A stretch of 64,000 nucleotides of DNA from an archaeon (GTDB lineage: Archaea; Nanobdellota; Nanobdellia; Pacearchaeales; GW2011-AR1). The stretch covers positions 141 to 64,140 of the forward strand of contig JBDRCH010000002.1 in the NCBI GenBank assembly GCA_043821945.1, read 5' to 3'. The notes beneath the pieces were generated by a model. The model worked only from the letters and a program-made list of their open reading frames with translations, had not been told where the DNA came from and ran no database searches. Positions 20,405-29,879 of this stretch are shown here, piece by piece. Every line of letters starts with the position of its first letter. Positions within the stretch are counted from its first letter, which is position 1. The position numbers and the translations under genes are program-made.

Positions 20405-21061
20405 TTACAAGATTATCAATGAACTAATTAACACAAATAAGACAATTGTGGCTAAAGTACCCCATAATAATTTGCTTCCAAAAAATATTTTGTTTCCATC
20501 TAATCCTGAAAAAGGAATTATGTTATAGAATGCATAATAGATATTTAATCTTGCGAAAGTAGGATAATTAATTAGATAACCAATTAGAGCAAATAGCAAG
20601 TTTGCGACTATACCTGCTGTTGCTATTAATCCAATGTGGAATTCTGGTATTTCTGAAAATGAATAGATTCCATGTCTTTTTGCTGCCCTATATATTTTAT
20701 GTTTCACTTCGAATACTATTGAAGCCATCCATGTTAAATAACCGAATGAAAATGCTGTTGTGATTATTGGTAAAAATGCTCCTGCTGGAAAAGGTTTTTT
20801 AAATTGTTTTGAGGGATGCGATCCTTTGAATCTCCAGAAAAGAACACCTAAACCTAATTGTTTTATTTCCCATAGTTTTAACTCTATTTCAGAATCTAAA
20901 AAATAACTCATCATTTTTTTTGCAAGAACATTTATGAGAATAATGAGGAAAATTGTGAAAAGGGTATAGACAAAGATTTTCCCTGATTTTATCAGACTTA
21001 TTGTGAAAGCAAGAATAATTGTTACTATAAAGATTATAGCGATTTCTTTTTTATTGAACAT
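20405..21061 (-). CDS. M50/site-2-protease-like membrane protein lacking HExxH
   Basis: 218 aa polytopic. Retains NIIPFSGLDGNKIF (NxxPxxxLDG motif) but has LAKKMM where HExxH is expected. Confidence 0.5.
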   Translation of the reverse strand: MFNKKEIAIIFIVTIILAFTISLIKSGKIFVYTLFTIFLIILINVLAKKMMSYFLDSEIELKLWEIKQLGLGVLFWRFKGSHPSKQFKKPFPAGAFLPIITTAFSFGYLTWMASIVFEVKHKIYRAAKRHGIYSFSEIPEFHIGLIATAGIVANLLFALIGYLINYPTFARLNIYYAFYNIIPFSGLDGNKIFFGSKLLWGTLATIVLFVLISSLIIL

Positions 21062-21156
21062 ATCTTATTGAGACAGTTGTTTTTTTTAAAGGTTGTTATT
21101 TATATTGTATATTGGCTCATGGAAAACTATTTAAATGAGTTTGATTAAATTTAATT

Positions 21157-21435
21157 ATGAGAATAAAAAAGATTTCAGAAGTCATAGGTCAGAAGGTTTT
21201 TACTGATTCTGGAGATTATTTTGGGGAAATAGAAGAGGCAAATTTATCTGAAAATAAAATTGAGGGGTGGAGAATAAAAGTTGGAGGCAGTATTGTTTCA
21301 TTAATTGGTGGAGCAAGAGGAGTAATAATTCCTCATCAATTTGTTAAAGCAATGAGTGATATTTGTTTGATAAATAAATCTGCCTTGCCAAATCCAGATT
21401 CAGATTTTGATGAGGTCCCTGAAGATCTTATATAA
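21157..21435 (+). CDS. PRC-barrel domain protein
   Basis: 92 aa. The pattern IGQKVFTDSGDYFGEIEEANLSENKIEGWRI is typical of PRC barrels. Confidence 0.5.
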   Translation: MRIKKISEVIGQKVFTDSGDYFGEIEEANLSENKIEGWRIKVGGSIVSLIGGARGVIIPHQFVKAMSDICLINKSALPNPDSDFDEVPEDLI

Positions 21436-21926
21436 TGGCTGAAACAATTTTTCAATATCCTATTGTCACACAATTTATTCTACCTTTTTTATTAATTTGG
21501 ACACTTGTATTCGCAATCTTACAAAAAACAAAACTTCTTGGTGAAAACAAACAACTTGATGCTATTATTGCCTTTGTAATTGGTTTAATTTTTGTAGGAG
21601 CTATTTTTCCAAAGATTGTTGTTGGAAATCTAATTTTATTTTTGACAGTTGCAATTGTAGTAATGTTTGTGGGTTTGTTGCTCTGGGGATTTATTTCTGG
21701 AGATAAACTTGATGCAAGCTTTTTGAAAAGCGGGGGAATAAAATGGGCAGCAGGAATTGCTGTTTTTATCGCAGTCACTATTGCTGTATTATGGGCAACA
21801 GGTGTAGAAATGACTGTCTTTGACTGGTTATTTAAGCAATCTTGGAGTCCAACATTCTGGACCAATTTCTTTTTTGTTGCAGCTATTATTGGTGTTTTGG
21901 TTGTTGTGTTAAAAAGTGCTAAATGA
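21435..21926 (+). CDS. Integral membrane protein (paralog A)
   Basis: 163 aa with 4-5 TM. Shares LPFLLIxxLVFxIL...NxxxxAIxAxxxGLI with the next gene. Confidence 0.5.
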   Translation: MAETIFQYPIVTQFILPFLLIWTLVFAILQKTKLLGENKQLDAIIAFVIGLIFVGAIFPKIVVGNLILFLTVAIVVMFVGLLLWGFISGDKLDASFLKSGGIKWAAGIAVFIAVTIAVLWATGVEMTVFDWLFKQSWSPTFWTNFFFVAAIIGVLVVVLKSAK

Positions 21927-21988
21927 ATTTCTTAGGTAATTAGTTTATTTTCAGAAACATATTTAAATCTGTTTTCATAAATGTTTAT

Positions 21989-22552
21989 ATGTTAAAAGAG
22001 ATGGTTTTACTTGCATGGTATGGAGAAGCTGGAGGAGGATTTGATACTCTGTTTTCTCAATGGGATTCTTTAGGAGTTTTTACATATTTACTTCCTTTTC
22101 TTTTGATATTTGCATTAGTATTTGGCATTTTATCTAAATTGAATCTTTTTGGCGATAACAGCAAAAAAATAAATGCCATTGTAGCCTTGGCAGTTGGTTT
22201 GATTGCTCTTAGAACAAATGCTGTTTCTGTGTTTTTTGCAGACATATTCCCAAGATTAGGAATCGCTTTAGCAGCTGTTTTAATATTTGTTATTGTTCTG
22301 GGTTTGTTTGGTGATGGGAAAAATAGGGGTTTAATGAATACGCTTATGTGGGCGGCTTTTGGAGTAGCAATTGTTATTCTTTTACAATCTACTGAAATGT
22401 TTGGAGGAGGAATCACAAGTATTTTTGCACTTATTCCTGGATGGATAGTTCCATTAATTGTCCTTATTGTTTTAATTGCAATTGTTACATCAGATAAAAA
22501 AAATAAGAATGATAATGAGAGTTTTCTTGCAAGAGCATTAAGAAGTAATTAA
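21989..22552 (+). CDS. Integral membrane protein (paralog B)
   Basis: 187 aa. Paralog of 21435..21926 by visible N-terminal similarity. Confidence 0.5.
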   Translation: MLKEMVLLAWYGEAGGGFDTLFSQWDSLGVFTYLLPFLLIFALVFGILSKLNLFGDNSKKINAIVALAVGLIALRTNAVSVFFADIFPRLGIALAAVLIFVIVLGLFGDGKNRGLMNTLMWAAFGVAIVILLQSTEMFGGGITSIFALIPGWIVPLIVLIVLIAIVTSDKKNKNDNESFLARALRSN

Positions 22553-23221
22553 TTATTTTTTAGTAGTTCTTTTTTTAGTAGTGGTTTCTCTAACAGAATG
22601 TGTTGCACCTTTAATTGCCTGATTAACAACTTTTCCAAATGAATCCTGCATCATTGACATTTCTTTTTTTATTGCATCTATGTTTTTCCCATAAGAACCA
22701 ACTTTGTTGAGTATTGCAAGTTGAAGAGCATCAATAAGAGTTTCTATTTTTTTGAGTCTCTGATCAATTGATTCTATTTTTGTGTTTGCGATTGTTTTAA
22801 ATTCATTTAATCCTTGAATTTGTTTCTCTGTTTTTTGCATATTTTTTGAAGAGACTTGTTCTGCAATTTCAATTATTGTATCTGTAGATGTTTGTTCTGA
22901 AGGATAATATTCATAATTTTCTTGAGGATAATTTTGTTCGGGGGGATAATATTCTTGGGGTTGTATTGGATAATCTTTTTGTAGATGAGGGGAGTAATCT
23001 GCTTCTCTTGTTTTTGGTGTGTAAGGATTTGGTGTTTGGGTTGTTGAGACAGGTTGTGGAACATACATTCCCTCTTCCGAAATAGCACTTTTTATTTTTG
23101 ATTGACTGAGAGCGTCATTTATATCTCTTTGAGAGACTTTTTTTTCTTGCAACGAGTTAATAATATCCCTTTCTTCCATTCCCTGATTTTTCATTTGCAT
23201 GACTTCTTCTAGAACTCCCAT
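22553..23221 (-). CDS. Hypothetical protein: N-terminal helical domain, P/Q/Y-rich linker, C-terminal coiled coil
   Basis: 222 aa. Low-complexity YPxQ repeats (PQEYYPPEQNYPQENYEYYPSEQ) followed by a heptad-like region. Confidence 0.45.
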   Translation of the reverse strand: MGVLEEVMQMKNQGMEERDIINSLQEKKVSQRDINDALSQSKIKSAISEEGMYVPQPVSTTQTPNPYTPKTREADYSPHLQKDYPIQPQEYYPPEQNYPQENYEYYPSEQTSTDTIIEIAEQVSSKNMQKTEKQIQGLNEFKTIANTKIESIDQRLKKIETLIDALQLAILNKVGSYGKNIDAIKKEMSMMQDSFGKVVNQAIKGATHSVRETTTKKRTTKK

Positions 23222-23260
23222 ATTAGGAAACCTCTTGATAAATTTATTTTATTTCTCATC

Positions 23261-23572
23261 TTATTTTAATGGCTGAAACATCTTTGCCTGTCTTGATAAA
23301 ATTTCTAAATCTTCTTTTCTCGCGAAGTTTGAAAACTCGCTCGCAATTATTTCTAAAAATGACTTTATTCTTTCTATATCTTGTTTTAATATTTCCATTT
23401 CTTTTTTTATTTCTAAAATCTTTTGAATATTTTGTTCTTTGGTTTCAATTAAATTTTGTCCTATCAAAAGTGTTCTGTCTTTTAGAATTCTTTGTTTTTC
23501 TTCTAAATCCCTTAACTTAGTATTAGTCTCACCAAAATTTTGATTTAGATAATTTCCTTGGTTCACTTCCAT
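23261..23572 (-). CDS. Small coiled-coil protein
   Basis: 103 aa, almost entirely heptad-like E/K/L/I sequence. Confidence 0.45.
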   Translation of the reverse strand: MEVNQGNYLNQNFGETNTKLRDLEEKQRILKDRTLLIGQNLIETKEQNIQKILEIKKEMEILKQDIERIKSFLEIIASEFSNFARKEDLEILSRQAKMFQPLK

Positions 23573-23676
23573 ATTATATAGAAATCAAAGGGGTTTAAAT
23601 TTGTTGTGATTTGTTTATACAAAAAGATTTAAACTTCTATTCTTTTACTTAATTAATTCCAAAAGAGGATTATAAG

Positions 23677-25965
23677 ATGCAATTCAAAAAAGATGACAAA
23701 CCTTATTCATATGATGTTCGTAGAGAGGGGAGCGAAGATGTTGTTTATGTAAATTATCTTGGACTCCCTTATGTGCCTAGTCTTTCTGATTATCCTGAAG
23801 TTATGGAAAGGACTATCGACCTTTTGATGGAGAATCCTCATGTTTCTAGAATTGTTTTTGTGCAGCAGAAAAATTATAATTATGATTTTCAAGAGACTGC
23901 TTTGCTTTTAGAGATTGCCCAAGTTTATGTTTATCTTGTTAAGCAAGAGAAAATTTTGTCTAAAGAAAAACTCATCACTAGTTTTGAGCAATTTTTCTCT
24001 CAAAGATACAATGAGATTTTTTCTTTCCTTTTCTTGTTAAAGCAGGATCCTGTTGCAGCGCATAGTGAACTGAAGAAATTGATAATTCAAGCTAAAATAT
24101 TTTTAGAGAAGATTTCTGGAAGTCATAAAACAGATCAATCAAATTACTTGAACCTTTTAGAAAAAGTAATGGGATTACTTGAAAAAACAAAATTGATTCA
24201 ACTGGCTAAACCTTATATGGGAAATTATCCAAAAAGAGACAGAGAAATTTATCAAAGAATTTTTAAGCCGGATGTAATCCCAAATTTTACTTTTACGAGG
24301 CTTGTTTCTGATCTGACTGAAGATGCTGAAATTGTTAATCAGTACGAGATTTTTGATGGAGATCATGATTCTTCTCTTGTAACAATCTTGAAAAAAAAGA
24401 ATGAATCCAAGTTTTTTTATCACTTGAATCCTCCAGAAAATTCTTTGAGTGAGGATCATAATATGCTTTTGAATCTTGCAAGAGGAGTTTTAATTGAACA
24501 CCAACCTCGAGCAGAAGAGTTTATAGATACAGATAGAACACGCCAGGTTTTTTTGAATATCTCTAAAGATTTGCTGAGAGATTTAGCTGATACAAAGGGA
24601 ATTAAATTAAATTATTCTGATTTGAATAAATTAGCTAAAATTCTTGTCAGGCATACAATTGGTTTTGGGCTTATTGAAGTTTTGCTTCAAGATGATAAAA
24701 TTCAGGATATTGTTTTGAATGCACCTATTTCAATGACAAATGTTTTTTTGAGGCATCAAAGCTATGACGAGTGTTTTACAAATATCCTTCCTAGTCAAGA
24801 AGATGTTGATTCATGGGCTGCTAAATTTAGGATGATCTCTGGAAGACCTCTTGATGAGGCTAATCCTATTCTTGACACTCAATTGGTTATTGGAAATATT
24901 AGAGCAAGAATTGCTATTGTGCAAAGACCTCTGTCTCCAGATGGATTATCTTATGCTATTCGAAGACACAGAGAAAATCCTTGGACTCTGCCTCTTTTTA
25001 TTAAAAATAAAATGTTGAATTCAATTGCTGCTGGTTTGTTTAGTTTTTTAATTGATGGTTCAAGAACATTTTTAGTTGCTGGAACAAGAAGTTCTGGAAA
25101 GACTTCTCTTCTCGGAAGTTTGATGTTAGAAATTATTTCAAAACACAGAGTAATTGTTTTAGAAGATACACTTGAACTTCCTGTTGAATCTATGAGAAAA
25201 TTGCATTATGATATTCTAAGAATGAAAGTCCGATCTGCTTTATTAAAGACAACAACAGAGATTTCAGCTTCAGAGGGGATAAGAACTTCTCTAAGATTAG
25301 GAGATAGTTCTTTGATTGTGGGTGAAATTCGAAGTGAAGAAGCTCTTGCTCTTTATGAAGCAATGAGGGTTGGAGCATTGGCAAATGTTGTTGCAGGTAC
25401 AATTCATGGTGCTTCTCCTTATGGTGTTTTTGATAGAGTTGTTAATGATCTTAATGTTCCTGCGACTTCATTTAAAGCAACTGATATTATTACTGTTTGT
25501 AATCCAGTAAAATCTCCAGATAGTCTGCATTCATGGAGGAGAGTTATGCAATTGTCAGAAGTCAGAAAACATTGGAAGGAAGATCCTTTGAGAGAAAATG
25601 GTTTTGTTGATTTGTTGAGGTATAATGTAGAAAAAGATGAATTAGAACCAACAGATGATTTGATTAATGGGGACAGCGAGATAATTAAAGGGGTTGCTTC
25701 TAATGTAAAAGGCTGGGCTGGAAACTGGGACGCTGTTTATGATAATATTTTGTTAAGAGCTAAAATAAAACAAGAGATTGTGGATGTTGCAGAAAAAACA
25801 GGCAACAATGAAATTTTAGAAGCCCAATTTAATACCCTTTCTAATCATTATTTTCATAAAATTTCTGATGAGATAAGACAGGAAATCGGACTTCCATGGA
25901 GTGAGAGAGTTTTTCCTGAATGGCAGAAGTGGTTGAAGGGAGAAGTTAAGAGGAGAGTTGTTTGA
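23677..25965 (+). CDS. Type II/IV secretion family ATPase (FlaI/PilB/VirB11-like) with long N-terminal extension
   Basis: 762 aa. Walker A AGTRSSGKTS, Walker B-like VIVLEDTLELP, His box GTIHGASP. Confidence 0.8.
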   Translation: MQFKKDDKPYSYDVRREGSEDVVYVNYLGLPYVPSLSDYPEVMERTIDLLMENPHVSRIVFVQQKNYNYDFQETALLLEIAQVYVYLVKQEKILSKEKLITSFEQFFSQRYNEIFSFLFLLKQDPVAAHSELKKLIIQAKIFLEKISGSHKTDQSNYLNLLEKVMGLLEKTKLIQLAKPYMGNYPKRDREIYQRIFKPDVIPNFTFTRLVSDLTEDAEIVNQYEIFDGDHDSSLVTILKKKNESKFFYHLNPPENSLSEDHNMLLNLARGVLIEHQPRAEEFIDTDRTRQVFLNISKDLLRDLADTKGIKLNYSDLNKLAKILVRHTIGFGLIEVLLQDDKIQDIVLNAPISMTNVFLRHQSYDECFTNILPSQEDVDSWAAKFRMISGRPLDEANPILDTQLVIGNIRARIAIVQRPLSPDGLSYAIRRHRENPWTLPLFIKNKMLNSIAAGLFSFLIDGSRTFLVAGTRSSGKTSLLGSLMLEIISKHRVIVLEDTLELPVESMRKLHYDILRMKVRSALLKTTTEISASEGIRTSLRLGDSSLIVGEIRSEEALALYEAMRVGALANVVAGTIHGASPYGVFDRVVNDLNVPATSFKATDIITVCNPVKSPDSLHSWRRVMQLSEVRKHWKEDPLRENGFVDLLRYNVEKDELEPTDDLINGDSEIIKGVASNVKGWAGNWDAVYDNILLRAKIKQEIVDVAEKTGNNEILEAQFNTLSNHYFHKISDEIRQEIGLPWSERVFPEWQKWLKGEVKRRVV

Positions 25966-26001
25966 GGAAGATTTAAATAAATTGATTTGTTTGGAAATAA
26001 A

Positions 26002-26199
26002 ATGAATTGGAATTTAAAGAATTTAATTGCAAAAGCAGAAGGAATTAATCCTGAAGATGTTACTGTGACATATATTCATGAGCAAAGAGAAAAAAATATT
26101 TATCCAAATGTAAGGTATGATTGCCCTGAAGAATTAATTTTGATGACAAGAAATGAATTTGATGAACTTGAGAAAGCTGTTTGGGAATGGGGAATATGA
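26002..26199 (+). CDS. Small acidic hypothetical protein
   Basis: ATG at 26002 (MNWNLKNLIAK...). Sits between the ATPase and the membrane protein. Confidence 0.35.
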   Translation: MNWNLKNLIAKAEGINPEDVTVTYIHEQREKNIYPNVRYDCPEELILMTRNEFDELEKAVWEWGI

Positions 26200-26252
26200 T
26201 TTTATTCTCCAGAACATTTATTAATTCTATTTTCATTTTTATGGGATAAAAG

Positions 26253-28436
26253 ATGGATGATGTAAGAGATATTATTTCAAAACATAGTGCAAGAATTGAA
26301 AATCAGATTAAAACTTCTAATTCTGAGAAGGTTAATTATAGCAAGGAGTATGAGCGTTTTAAGGGAGAGATGGCTCCTGAACTTACGCGATTTGAGAAAT
26401 GGTGCAAGAGTTTGGGAAATGTGATAAAATTAAAAGTTTCTGAAAAAGATAAAAATAGAATTAAAAGAGATATTGAAATTGCACATCTTGATATTGAACC
26501 TTGGCAAGCATTGGGCTTGAGTGTCATGACATTTATTAGTGTTTTTATAATTGGTTTTTTAATTTCTATTTCAATTGCTTTAATCAAGGGAAGCAAGGAA
26601 ATTGATTTTTTTGGAGGGACTATTTCAAATTTTCCTTTTTTGTTTTTTATTCTGATAATTGTTTTATCTATTTTTTTATTTTATTTTGTTAATGGTTATC
26701 CAAAAAGATTAGCAAGTAAATGGAGACTTAAAGCTTCGAGTCAGATGGTTCCTGCTATATTGTATATTGTTGTTTTTATGAGGCATACTCCTAATCTTGA
26801 AAAAGCAATTGCCTTTGCTTCGCAACATTTGCAGCCTCCTCTTGCTCTTGATTTTAAGAAAGTTTTTTATGATGTGGAAATTGGAAAATTTTCTACAATT
26901 AAAGAAAGCCTTGATAATTATCTTGAGAATTGGAGAGATTATTCTGTGGAATTCATTGAAGCTTTTCATTTGATTGAAAGCAGTTTGTTTGAACCTGATA
27001 ATTCAAGAAGAATAACTACCTTGGAGAAATCTCTTCAGGTTGTTCTTGATGGAGTTTATAATAAGATGTTGAGATTTACTCATAGTGTGAGAAGCCCTTT
27101 GGTTAATGTTTATATGCTCACTGTTGTATTACCTGTTTTAGGAATTGCACTCTTGCCTCTTGCTTCTGCAATGGTCGGGGGAATGATTCAATGGTACCAT
27201 GTTTTTATTCTATACACTCTTTTATTTCCATTTTTATCTTTTTATCTTACTGATAGAATTATGATGTTAAGACCGGGGGGTTATGGGGAAACAAAACTAC
27301 TTGAAAGAAATCCTCTTTATTATAAATATTCAAATAATAAATATTATCTAACTACTTTTTTGATTTGCCTTCCTTTTTTTATAATTGGTTTTTTACCTTT
27401 AATTTTTCAATATACCCCTATTCCAGGATTTTTGGGTTTGCAAAGTGATTATTCTTTTTCAGATTTTGGTTTGGGTTTTTTTGAAGGAAAACTTTTTGAT
27501 TTTAAAATTGATGGGAATAGAACTGTTGGTCCTTTTGGAATTGGAGCTTTAATTTTTGGAATGTTTATTCCATTTGGGGTAGCTTTGTTTTTTTCAATAG
27601 TTTATAAAAAGAAAACCCAGGAACTTATTGTAGAAAGAGAAAAAACTAAGCAACTGGAGAGTGAATTTAATAATTCTTTATTTCAATTAGGAAATAGAAT
27701 GGGAAATGGTATGCCTCCGGAACTTGTTTTTGGGAAAGTTGCAGAATCCTCTCGGGGTTTAAGAACCGAAGATTTTTTTCGAAGAGTTAATTATAATATT
27801 CAACAAATGGGAATGAGTGTTGATAGGGCTATTTTTGATCAGGAAAGAGGGGCTATTGTGTATTATCCTTCTGATCTTATTGCAACAAGCATGAGGGTTC
27901 TGATAGAATCTTCTAAAAAAGGTTTAAAAATTGCCGCATTAAGTCTTATGAGTATTTCTGAATATGTTAAGAATATACAGAAAATAACAGATAGGTTAAA
28001 GGACATGCTTGCAGAAGTTGTTTCTGACATGAAGAGTAATATGACTTTTTTAGCGCCACTGCTTTCAGGAATTGTTGTTGGTCTTGCTGCAATGATTGTT
28101 TTTATTTTGAATAAAATAGAATTAGATAAATTAGGAGAGGCAGGAACAATTGGTTTGGGAAGCTTAGAAAGTTTTGTTGGGCCTGACGGAATTTTTTCTA
28201 TTGTGAACATGATTCCACCTTATTATTTGCAGATTGCAATTGGTATTTATCTGATTCAGATAATTTTTATTTTAACAAGAACTCTTGTGACAGTTGATTC
28301 TGGTCAAGATAAACTTGAAAGAACAAACAAGGTCGGAAAAAATCTTACAAGAGGAATTTTGCTTTATTTTATCACTGCTTTATTATCAACTCTTGCGTTA
28401 TTTTTCTTGAGTTCAATTGTACTTGGAGGATTTTAG
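26253..28436 (+). CDS. Large polytopic membrane protein, putative pilus platform (FlaJ/TadC/PilC-like role)
   Basis: 727 aa with many TM helices separated by cytoplasmic helical regions. Position right after the secretion ATPase. Family assignment is by context only. Confidence 0.5.
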   Translation: MDDVRDIISKHSARIENQIKTSNSEKVNYSKEYERFKGEMAPELTRFEKWCKSLGNVIKLKVSEKDKNRIKRDIEIAHLDIEPWQALGLSVMTFISVFIIGFLISISIALIKGSKEIDFFGGTISNFPFLFFILIIVLSIFLFYFVNGYPKRLASKWRLKASSQMVPAILYIVVFMRHTPNLEKAIAFASQHLQPPLALDFKKVFYDVEIGKFSTIKESLDNYLENWRDYSVEFIEAFHLIESSLFEPDNSRRITTLEKSLQVVLDGVYNKMLRFTHSVRSPLVNVYMLTVVLPVLGIALLPLASAMVGGMIQWYHVFILYTLLFPFLSFYLTDRIMMLRPGGYGETKLLERNPLYYKYSNNKYYLTTFLICLPFFIIGFLPLIFQYTPIPGFLGLQSDYSFSDFGLGFFEGKLFDFKIDGNRTVGPFGIGALIFGMFIPFGVALFFSIVYKKKTQELIVEREKTKQLESEFNNSLFQLGNRMGNGMPPELVFGKVAESSRGLRTEDFFRRVNYNIQQMGMSVDRAIFDQERGAIVYYPSDLIATSMRVLIESSKKGLKIAALSLMSISEYVKNIQKITDRLKDMLAEVVSDMKSNMTFLAPLLSGIVVGLAAMIVFILNKIELDKLGEAGTIGLGSLESFVGPDGIFSIVNMIPPYYLQIAIGIYLIQIIFILTRTLVTVDSGQDKLERTNKVGKNLTRGILLYFITALLSTLALFFLSSIVLGGF

Positions 28437-28490
28437 TTAAGTTTATTAATTATATTTCTTTAATTTTTACATGTATAATAAAAGAGGGGT
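28434..28490 (+). promoter_or_regulatory. Repeated promoter/5' cassette, copy 1 (TATA-like TTTATTAA 29 nt before the ATG)
   Basis: ttagttaagtttattaatt...tttttacATGtataataaaagaggggtt is nearly identical to copy 2 at 29544. TTTATTAA at 28442, ATG at 28471. Confidence 0.55.
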
Positions 28491-29543
28491 TTGTCAACAG
28501 TCATTACTACCTTAATAATAATTCTTTTAGTTTTAGTAGCAACAGGAATTTTATGGGTGGTTGTTTCTAATTTAATTAATAGTAGTTCAGAACAAGTTCA
28601 ATTCCAGGGCTTAACAATTCGTTTGGAGGTGCAAAAAGTTTTGGTGGAGGATAGTGGCTCAATTGATGTTCTTGTAGAAAGATTATCTGGAAAAGGAGAT
28701 ATTACTGGAATAAAGTTTGTTGTTAGTGATGGAGTTAATTTTGAGAGTTTTGAGGAAGATACAACAATTAGTGAATTAAGTGAAGAGACTTTTACATTAG
28801 ATTATGAAGGAATTGTGAAAGGGATAACTGTTGCCCCTATTTTTGAATCAAAATCTGGAAAAGAGTTTGTTGGAAAGATTGTCAATAAAAAGGAATTCAC
28901 TAGTGAAGAAATTATTGAAAGTCTTGGGGGGGTCTCTTGGTGGAAGCTTGATGGAAATGCTAATGATGAAATTGGGGGAAATGGGGGTTCTTGTGGCGAT
29001 TGCCCTGAATTTATTGCAGATTTAGAAAGAGGAAAAGTTGCAAGTTTTGATTATACAAATAAAGAATTTATTTCTTTTGAGGATAATCTTGTTGATGTTA
29101 GTAATGATGATTTTAGTATTTCAATTTGGGTAAATTCTAGTGGGGGTAGCCCGATTATTAATCCTAGAATTTTTGGAATAAAAGGAGTTTATGGTCTTCA
29201 AATTTTGTGGTTGGATAAAAAAGATATTGGAGTAAGAATTGATAATGGGGGAGTTAATGTCCATAGATTACACACTACTTCAAATGTGATGGTTGATTCT
29301 GACCAATGGTATCATATTGTTTTAACAGTTTCTTCAGCAACAATTGATAAAATTTATGTTAATGGAGAAGATGAAAATTTAGAAGTTATCAGAAGCTATT
29401 CTGGAACAGGAGTATCTAGTATTGGGAGAGGACATAACAACCTCAATTATAATTGGAATGGTCTTATTGATGATGTTATAGTTTTTGATAGGGTATTGTC
29501 AGAAAAGGAAGTAGAAGCATTGTATAGATTAGATTCAAATTAA
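28491..29543 (+). CDS. Pilin-like protein with C-terminal LamG/concanavalin-like domain (5' end apparently frameshifted)
   Basis: Hydrophobic N-terminus STVITTLIIILLVLVATGILWVV. The region WWKLDGNANDEIGG...FSISIWV...WYHIVLT...GLIDDVIVFDRVLS is typical of LamG_3. The track start is a TTG. An upstream ATG (28471) encodes MYNKRGV in another frame. Confidence 0.6.
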   Translation: MSTVITTLIIILLVLVATGILWVVVSNLINSSSEQVQFQGLTIRLEVQKVLVEDSGSIDVLVERLSGKGDITGIKFVVSDGVNFESFEEDTTISELSEETFTLDYEGIVKGITVAPIFESKSGKEFVGKIVNKKEFTSEEIIESLGGVSWWKLDGNANDEIGGNGGSCGDCPEFIADLERGKVASFDYTNKEFISFEDNLVDVSNDDFSISIWVNSSGGSPIINPRIFGIKGVYGLQILWLDKKDIGVRIDNGGVNVHRLHTTSNVMVDSDQWYHIVLTVSSATIDKIYVNGEDENLEVIRSYSGTGVSSIGRGHNNLNYNWNGLIDDVIVFDRVLSEKEVEALYRLDSN

Positions 29544-29581
29544 TTAGTTAAGTTTATTAATTCTTTTTATTTGATTTTTAC
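29544..29581 (+). promoter_or_regulatory. Repeated promoter/5' cassette, copy 2
   Basis: TTTATTAA at 29553, 29 nt before the ATG at 29582. About 60 nt nearly identical to copy 1, including the first 7 codons. Confidence 0.55.
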
Positions 29582-29731
29582 ATGTATAATAAAAGAGGGG
29601 TTATTGCTGATTATCTTCCATGGTTGCTCATAGCTGTTGCTGTTCTTGCATTGCTAATTGCAACTATTTTTTTACTTAAGGAAAAAGGAATTTCTCTAAT
29701 TGATTCAATTAAAGAATTATTTAGGTCATAA
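29582..29731 (+). CDS. Mini pilin-like protein with class III signal peptide (not in ORF track)
   Basis: 49 codons, hand-translated: MYNKRGVIADYLPWLLIAVAVLALLIATIFLLKEKG... Confidence 0.5.
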   Translation: MYNKRGVIADYLPWLLIAVAVLALLIATIFLLKEKGISLIDSIKELFRS

Positions 29732-29732
29732 G

Positions 29733-29879
29733 ATGGATTTGACAATAACTCAGTTGATAAAAATAATTCTTGGGATTGTTGTAGTTGTTGCTGTGGTTGT
29801 TGGATTTGGATATTTTTTTAATGATTATGTCAAAGGATTTTTTGATGGTCTTCCAGGATTATTTTGGAGTTTAATATGA
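29733..29879 (+). CDS. Micro membrane protein (not in ORF track)
   Basis: 48 codons: MDLTITQLIKIILGIVVVVAVVVGFGYFFNDYVKGFFDGLPGLFWSLI. Its 3' end overlaps the next gene start. Confidence 0.4.
   Translation: MDLTITQLIKIILGIVVVVAVVVGFGYFFNDYVKGFFDGLPGLFWSLI

Noticed and set aside
21452-22416. Antisense ORFs 21452..21865 and 22057..22416
   Set aside because: They mirror the two paralogous membrane protein genes on the + strand. The + frames have clean TM-helix periodicity and mutual similarity, and the antisense frames do not.
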